The notes under the pieces were generated by a model that was not told where the DNA came from, made no database searches, and saw only the letters and a program-made list of their open reading frames with translations. The position numbers and the translations under genes were made by a program. Positions 55,901-64,000 of a stretch of 64,000 nt of DNA are shown piece after piece; the stretch's first letter is position 1, and every line of letters starts with the position of its first letter. Source of the DNA: the human T2T-CHM13v2.0 reference genome, Homo sapiens; NCBI RefSeq assembly GCF_009914755.1, contig NC_060929.1; one strand, written 5' to 3'.

Positions 55901-56256
55901 TGAATTTATTTTAGTCCTTGGTGCAGAGGATTGAATTTTAGTGACACACCTTAGGTCAAGGCATATCAATATCTTCATCAGGGCAGGGCCCTTTCTTCAA
56001 GTCACTTATTTATGCCTCCCCTTCATCCTTCATCCCAGGAGCTATAGCCCCAACCACACTAACATGTCTAATGCCTTCCTTCTTGTTTACCTGTGCTTTG
56101 TTTAATAAAACCCTCTTGGCTTTCCAACTTTGATCTTTCATTTTCCCTTAACATTAAGAAAATAACAGGGCTTTACAATTCATCTATCTTAAGGAGGCAG
56201 CTTTGCTTTTGTAGAAAAAGTGCCAAATAAAGAGTCAAGGATCCTTTGTTCCAAAC

Positions 56257-56478
56257 TAGAGTTCCACAAATTATCACCCATGGGTCAAATCCAGCCTTCA
56301 ACCTGTTTTATAAATAAAAGTTGTTGGAATACAACCATGTTTCTTTTTTTACGTATTGTCTGTGGCTGTTTCCTTACCACAATGGCAGAGTTGAGTAGTC
56401 GTGACAGAGCCTGCAAAGTCCACAAAGCCTAAAATATTTACCATCTTGCCCTTTACAGAAAAGGTTTGCCAAGCCCTG
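56257..56478 (+). mobile_element. MER58A, uninterrupted
   Basis: Complete ~220-bp element ending GGTTTGCCAAGCCCTG; 8-bp TSD [T/C]TCCAAAC. Confidence 0.92.
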
Positions 56479-56889
56479 CTCCAAACCACAGTCTGTCACC
56501 TATAACTCTTCATATGATCAGATGAATCTGTTCACTCCCTGGGCCTTAATGTCTAGTTCATAAAATCGAGGCCATGATACTAAAACTATAGTTTTTATTT
56601 CTCTCTCTCTTTTGTTTCTAACCTTCTTTTTCTCTGTGTTATGTAGTAGAATACATTTTTAAAACAAAATATTTATGTGCAAATCTACTACAGAAAGTAC
56701 AGAAGTAGTTTCTCTGGTAGAAGAAGATTGGGACCCTACAATCCTGCCTGGCTAGCTTTAGCCATCCCAGTCTCTCCATCAGCCTCTGAGGTGCCATATT
56801 GATATGCCAGGCCCATGAAAAACTCCGTGAGAAAGCAACCCACCCCTTGGATACTTTTAACGTCAGTTCCCTTTCATAGCATCCTGTTG

Positions 56890-57120
56890 TTATATGGTAG
56901 TACAGAAAGTGATGAATTTTGGAATTAGGTCAAATTCCAACTCTAACATTTGCTGTGTAGCTTGAACCAGTCACTTTAACCTCTCTGAGCCTCAGTGTGC
57001 TCACTTGCTTGGGAAAATGGAGATAAATAGTCTGGACATCACATGCTGGTTGTAAGGATTAAAGACCCCAATTATTTCTAGAATACCTGGCATAGAAATC
57101 TGCATTCAGTGAATTGTAGC
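56890..57120 (+). mobile_element. MIR SINE
   Basis: AGTCACTTTAACCTCTCTGAGCCTCAGT..AAAATGGAGATAA. Confidence 0.8.
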
Positions 57121-57644
57121 TACAAAGGATACAAAATAATTTTTGTGTGAGGGAATCCATGTGATACTTTTTTGGGTGTGAACTCAATTTGAATCTTCAC
57201 TTTTTGGACACTGACACTGAGGCTGGAAAGGTCAGCCTTTTTATTGTAATAGAAATCTGTTACTTATGTGCTATGATTTGGGGACACTTCCGAATATCTA
57301 CCCCTGCCTCCAAATGGCATCTACCATGCCCGGCTGAATGCTTGACACCCACCATAGTAGTCAGCAGACCCTGGGCTGAGACAGTGCCTCTTTAAAGAGC
57401 CATAAAAATCCCAGACAGAAATAAGAGGTTAAGCCATTGTCTTCTGCAAGGATTTAGCTTGAATCAATCAATTTTCAGGTTTAAGCCTTTGAAGGAAAGA
57501 GGCATAAATAAGGCTTAGAAAAGGCCAAAATGTGTAATGACTTCCAGAGAACAAACAAAAGTCAACTGCAGAGGCCTCCCAAGGAGAATGGAAAGGCCTC
57601 TGGATGGGGAGACACCCTGTGTTGAGTCAACCTCACCTCTTCCA

Positions 57645-57810
57645 GGCTGTGTGACTTGAGGCAGTCTCTTAACCTCTCTGAGCCTCCACTTGATATCCAA
57701 AATTAAGGCCAATAAGACTGACTGGCCTCCAGGGTGACGGTGAGTGTGAATGCCTGGTTCCAGTCCTGGCACAAAGCAGGCACCGGGTTAAGGCTTCCTG
57801 AATGAATCAG
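57645..57810 (+). mobile_element. MIR SINE
   Basis: GCTGTGTGACTTGAGGCAGTCTCTTAACCTCTCTGAGCCTC. Confidence 0.75.
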
Positions 57811-58751
57811 TGCAGCATCACACTAGATACTATGAAAGTAGTACTTGAACATCAAAAATGATCATGTAACCTTGAAACAGGCATTTGATGGAACACCAGA
57901 GAATGGAGCATCAAGGAGTTGTGGATCCACCTGAAGGCACTGGAAAAGGAAAATGGGGCACAGAAAGGTAGGGAAAGGTTGATAAAGGTGAGGGACAAAC
58001 GTTAACTACTAAGAGAACCTGGGACCCACCACAGTCTGTGGTGTGGAACAACCAGTGGTTTGATCCAAGTCAGAATTGCATTGAATCATGTCAGACGGGC
58101 ACCGAATCAAAAGTAGTACTCTCACAAGAGACAACAGGCACTAACCATGTGCCAGCCACAGTGTAAGCATGCCATGCACATTGCCATTTAATGCTTTTAC
58201 AGCAGTGTGATTTCGGCAGTTAGCCTAATTTACCATAAAGGCCGTTTCCTGTGCAGTAGGCTTTGGGTTCCTGAACTTGCTGTGGCTGATGGACTATGAA
58301 AAGAATTGCCAAGAGAGAAAAGAGCCATGGTACCCCCTTCCCCATCTCTTTCTCTGCTGTGATGAACTGGAACCAACTGCTGTGGGTTGATTGACATAGT
58401 GATGTCAGAAGAAGAAAAGATCCCAGGTCTCCGAGTCTCCTGAAATAGAAGAAATTTCTCCATCTGCATGAGTGAGAAATAAATGTTTATGGTCCTAATC
58501 CACTGAGATGCCAAGGTTTATTTTACATTGGAGGATTACATGGAACCCATCCCGCCAAACACAGCAGCTAACATTTATTTAGTGCTTGCTACTACTTGAA
58601 AAACTTCATATATTTTTAAAATTTCATTTCATTCTCACTTTCATTTTACACGTAAAGAAGAGAGTAAATTATCTGAGAATATGAGAATATACAGGATGTA
58701 CCAGAGCCTGAATTTGAACCTAGGCATTCCGGCACCAGAGCTGCCTTCTGC

Positions 58752-58892
58752 TTTTTTTTTTTTTAGACAGAGTCTTGCTCTGCTCTGTTGCCCAGGCTGC
58801 TTGCTGGAGCGCAGCGGTGCAATCTCGGCTCACTGCAACTTTTGCCTCCCGGGTTCAAGCGATCCTCCTGCCTCAACCTCCCAAGTAGCTGG
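58752..58892 (-). mobile_element. 5'-truncated AluS (part of right arm)
   Basis: T tail then AGACAGAGTCTTGCTC..CCCAAGTAGCTGG; small internal duplications; possible TSD CTGCTTT. Confidence 0.9.
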
Positions 58893-59539
58893 TTAAGCTG
58901 CTTTCTTATAGAAGGAAAAGTTGAGAAATTAAGGGACTTGCCTATCATCACAGAATATGGAAATGGCAGAGCCATGATTCAAAACCAGGTCTGTTTGGTT
59001 TTACATTATGGGAAAACCATTATGGGAAAGTCGCAGCCATTTTATGTTCTCTTCTTTGCAGTTTTGGTCCAGTAGGTCCACTCACTGTCCAGCATGCAAG
59101 ATGTGAAAACGCTCTAAAAGTTGAGAGGAGGTGTTTCCAGCCACTGCATCAGTGTAAGAGTTGGCAGGGGCTGTCTGGCTTGCCTCGTGCTCAAATCCCC
59201 ATTTGCTGTGGAGGCCACAGATGCTCTGGCCTGACAGTAAGACAGCCCCTCTTTTGGACAGCACTTCCCACCACCACGAAGCTTCTCTGTGCAGGGCTTG
59301 CAAAACTCAGCAACACCACTGTGGGCGGTCCCTGGAGAGGCAGTGAGTCTTGTTATCGACAGGCGTATTGACTTTCAAAACCACAGTGTTTGAGCCTCAG
59401 GGCACTCTTTGACTCATATTTCCTTTTTCGGTCTATAATGCTGCAAAGGTCCAGAGAGACAATGGGCAGGCATAGTTCTGCCCAAATGGTAATGAGGAGT
59501 GGCTCAGAGGGAAATAAAAGAAAGAAATGGTAACAGTAG

Positions 59540-60300
59540 TGAACATTCAGAGGACACATGTGCCAGGCAGCGTTTAAGCTGCTCTGTGGGCATAATATCA
59601 TGGAATTCTCAAAACAATGCCAAGAGATCGGTGTTACTTGATTTTGAAGGGCAGAAAATTGGGATTCATAGAGATCAAGCAACTTACCCAAAGTTACTCA
59701 TCTAGGCGTTAGAAATGATATTGGCTTCCTCTGGAACTAGGAATCTTAATTTGCTTGGCTCCTTCAATGTTAATTAGCTTTATAAATGTTTTTCCATATA
59801 GCTTCACTTGACAGTTTTGCTGGAACAAATAGTCCATTGGGGTTCTTACCTTGCAAAGAGCATTCGTAAATGTTAATATATTTGATCCTTATGAGAGCTT
59901 TGTGAGGCAGGCGGGGCATACCGGATTTTCATATTTAGGGACACCAAGACACAGACATTGAGACACAGGTCATCCCAGGTTAGGCAAGGTGAAGCAAAAT
60001 CTAAAATCCATCTGTCTGTAGCCTGGTTGGATATCTTCCCACAAGCTCCATAGCTCTCTTCTTGGAAGCCCAGAGTTACTAAGGGGCTGAGAGCATAGGC
60101 TTAGACATTAGAACCATCTTCGATTTGAGTCCTGGCTCCACAGGTCAAGTGCTGTGTGACCTGTAATGCACAAAGTTCTTACGAGTTTAGGCGTCCTTGG
60201 CCAAAAATCAAGACGAATAATAGTAACATCTACTTCACGGGTATTATAAGGATTCAATGTAAGTCCATGTGCTTGGTGGATAGAAACTGTTATTTTTCTT
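59540..60300. mobile_element. Cluster of three MIR fragments (two on -, one on +)
   Basis: GCAACTTACCCAAAGTTAC; TTTGTGAGGCAGG; GCTGTGTGACCT..TAATAGTAACATCTACTTCACGGGT. Confidence 0.65.
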
Positions 60301-61309
60301 ATACTATAGAATCTCTTCATCTGATTGTTTCTGCCTAAGAACAATCATATTGAAAAAAACTCATCATGACTGTGATAGAGCCTGAGACTCCTACCAGCTT
60401 GTGTGTGTTTCATCCTTTGAGATTTCCAGGGAACCGAACTGTGCCCAGTGCCAGTTTTGTGAATTCAATGGAAAAGCATGCCCTTCAGTCCCCTCTTCAC
60501 TGGCTTCTGGACTTCCAGGAGGAGATGCTGGGTTAGAGCTGAATGAAAGACCCTACCCATGGATGGCTCCACAGTCTCCACAGTCCTGGGAGTCACTGTC
60601 CCTCTCAGCAGCTTCAGCTGCTTTCCTGATAACAATGTTATTCTCTTTGGTCTTCTGGGAGTCCCACCAGCATCATTAATCAAAGCACCACGTTGCTTAC
60701 TCGTACTGAAGTATCCTCACCGCCTCATCAATCATAAAAGCAGCAAAGGGTGTGCTTTGGATTTCTAAGAAAAGCTCCAGACAGCACCAAAAGAAAAAAA
60801 AATTGTGTGGGGATGGGGGAGCTTAATTATCAGCTGGTCCTTGGCCCATCACTCACAGTGGAAATGTCTTTACAGCTTTATTTGGGTTGTGTCTCTTTTT
60901 AAATCCCAGTAAACAGCCGTTAAGCTAAAAACCCTCATTGCTCGGCACAGGGAGCCCCACTGGTTTTCAAGCTATTATTTTAATAAGGCCTATTTTACAA
61001 TTAAGGCACCATGGGCTTTAAATTACTTATAAAATAAAATGTGGAAATTGAAGCATTAAGTGTGTGACTGTCGTTAGAGGAACAGCAGCCGTTCTTTGTG
61101 GTAAAATGCTGTCTGGTGTAAAAGGAATAGAACAGAAGGCTCAGGGTATGTGCCACCATGATAAAAACAAAACAAAACAAACCCACAATACACACGTACC
61201 ACATCGGAAAGCCCTGTTCACTCTTCTCCAGTAAAGATTGGGGTCATGTCTAAATGGAGCTAAATAATAACAATAACAATAAGATTACAACTAATATTGT
61301 TAATAGTAA

Positions 61310-61550
61310 GAGCAGCTAACATTTTTTTGAGCACTTGCTACATCCCAAGCACCAGCTGAGAATCTTCTCCTGCATTGTGTCATCCTCCCACCAAATTCAA
61401 AAGGGAAGTGCCATTCTTATCCCTCTGATAAGGAAGAAAATGGAGGCTCAGAGGGGAGGCCACTGGCTGGAGGTCTCTGTGCTGGCAAGGGGCAGAGGTA
61501 GGAGCTAAACTCAGGTACATGTGAATCCAAATCCTATGCTTGTAGGCACT
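61310..61550 (-). mobile_element. MIR SINE
   Basis: GCTAACATTTTTTGAGCACTT..GAAAATGGAGGCTCAGAG. Confidence 0.75.
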
Positions 61551-61569
61551 CTCCTTGGAGGCCAAATCA

Positions 61570-62240
61570 TTAATTTAATCAACAATTATTTTTGTGCCGG
61601 GCACTGGGCCATCCATTCTGCAAAGGAAACAGTCACGGCCATGCCTGGTGGTGTTTACAGTCTAGCAGGAGGTTCAGGTGATAACAAGGAAACAGTTGCA
61701 TGGATTTGTGACTATGGGCAGGGTAAGAGTTATGAAAAAAACAAGCAGGCCATGGTGAGGGAGAATAAGGGGGTAAAGGGACTTTGCTGAATTGGGGTGG
61801 TCAGGGAAGGCTTCTCTGAGGAGGCGATGTTGAAGCCAAAGGAGAAAAGTGAGGAAAGAGGAGTCCACTGCGAGATGAATGGCAGGCACTGTAGCCTGGC
61901 AGAGGGAAAGCCGCTGGTAACTGGAAGGGAGACAGGGGAGATCAGAGGGCAGTGAGTAAGAGAGAGCAGAACTAAATGGGGATGGAGAGGAAAGCAAGGG
62001 CCAGGGCAGCTACTTCATGACCACACTAAGGAAGCTGTTTTATTCTAAGTCTTAGGAGAGCATGCGCTGAGGGTGACTCATGCTCCAATTTTAAGCAGAT
62101 TACCTGGGCTGCTCATGAGAGTGGACTGGAAGTGGGCAAGAGTGAAAATAGGGAGACAGTCAGGAGCTGTTTGCAGTAGCCCAGGAGGGCCAAAAGGGTT
62201 GGCAATAGACATGGAGACTAGATGCATTGAAGGTATATTT
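61570..62240 (-). mobile_element. L2 LINE fragment
   Basis: GTGCCGGGCACTG; GGTGGTCAGGGAAGGCTTCTCTGAGGAGG; GGGAGACAGTCAGGAGCTGTTTGCAGTAGCCCAGG. Confidence 0.85.
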
Positions 62241-62243
62241 TGG

Positions 62244-62526
<283 letters not shown>

Positions 62527-64000
62527 GATATATTTTGGAAATAGAAATAACAAGGTCATTGTCAACCATTCAGTCCCCACAGGTTTCCAGCAGATGACCT
62601 GTGTTGTATGATCGTCTGGTCTTTGTCCTTCAAGAGAAGGTTCTATTCGCTCCCTTAAACAAGGCTCCATGTTCCAAACTGTTCCACCCTGCTCTTCCTG
62701 GAATGTCCGTAGATTTATCAAAGAACTTCGCTAGTCTTGCCAGCCAGCTCCTCCACCCTCTTGTAAAAAATATCCATATTTATGTTGAGCTACCACTGAC
62801 TCCCCTCACGCTCCCTGTGGCTGGCATTTACATCCAGAGGACTTAAAAGGTTTGGAGGATTCTTCCACATGTAAATGCACCATATGCAAATCAGACCTGT
62901 CTGCCTCTGTAGACAGCTGTCAATGGAGGGTGTGCCAGAAACACTTATTTGCCTTTACAGAACACCCCACAGCCCCACAGGCAGGAGGTCTTTAGGGAAA
63001 CAGCAGTGGGGAGACCTAGAGGAGCTGCATCTGCCCCAGTGGCCCAGGATACTTGGCGGCAAGGCTTTGTTCTCCCTCAGAAGATGAATCTTCTTTAACA
63101 GGACCAGAGGGCGTGACCAGCTATGTCATAAGCTTGGAGGCTTTTCATTTTTTGTCCACAAAATCTTGCTCCTGGGTGGTACTGAGTCAAATTCCTTAAC
63201 AATCTAACAGCTGCTCAGTGGCTTATGAAAAATGACTTGCAGCTTCATGGTCTGAGTCCTAGTTTGGAACTTCATGGTGGAAGCCTCCTTGGCAACCATG
63301 ACAGAGATCCTGGGATGGGGTGAAAGACCTTCTGAAAGGAGTGGTCCTTCTGAACTCAGCTTGCATCTCAGGCCAACCGGAAAGCTGCAGAGGCCAGCCT
63401 TGGCCGAGCAGGGCCTTGGGCCTTGAGAAAGATGCTCAGTGTAGGTCTCTCTCCCACTCCTCCCTGGAAGTATATTGGGAAGATTCTATGCAGAAATATC
63501 TATCCAGTTGTTTGTCAGGCCCACCCTATGTAGACTCTATCCTCCATTTTCTAAGAACTGATTCTCCCACCCCCTTGATTCACATGCTTCCTGTGGGAGA
63601 AACGATGTTTTGGCCATTTGACCTCTGCTCTGGCTTCAGTTAATGGAAGACCAATCAGAGTCCCTCCTCTAGGAAAGTAGAAATGAGATCAAGGTCTCAG
63701 TGGGTCTGGTCTCCTGAGTAAAGGAAATGAAATTCTACTAGCTGCAAAAGACCGAGTTTTCCTGAGATTTGGGGCTTGTCTATTGTGACAAGTAGCACAA
63801 GCTTCAAATATCAGTGGCTTAACACTGTAAAAGTGTATTTCACATTCGTGCTTGTAGGAATGCCACATGAACACATGACCACCAGCTTGTCACAGCAAGG
63901 GAAGAGAGGGTCACAGAGGATGTTTTTCAGGGTCACGCCGTATGTCACTTTCATATACATTATATTGACCAGAATTAAATTAGATAGCTCAAACATAACT

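Overview
Primate (AluY-bearing, most likely human) non-coding DNA, either gene desert or deep intron; I cannot name the locus from sequence alone. I find no credible protein-coding gene, tRNA, rRNA or CRISPR array. The ORF track is mostly microsatellite, Alu, L1 or chance ORFs; the only recognisable protein motifs are dead L1 ORF2 and CR1/L3 reverse-transcriptase remnants. The window holds 16 Alu copies (most with readable TSDs), an L1PA7-like element, old L1M/L2/MIR/CR1 fragments, MaLR/ERVL LTRs, hAT and Tc2 DNA transposons, and many microsatellites. Subfamily names come from remembered consensus diagnostics, not a RepeatMasker run. The best unexplained signal is a set of short, non-tandem local copies of unique sequence (9017-9335~11436-11752; 20064-20134~21504-21574; 50592-50753~51415-51573). 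Two of these sit inside broken transposons, and together with small patchwork inserts they look like fossil templated-insertion scars from double-strand-break repair. Repeat-free islands carry developmental TF motifs, including a SOX-OCT composite at 28395 and a PBX-MEIS decamer with a MEIS/HOX cluster at 30917-31214. I do not see evidence for a new gene-level system.
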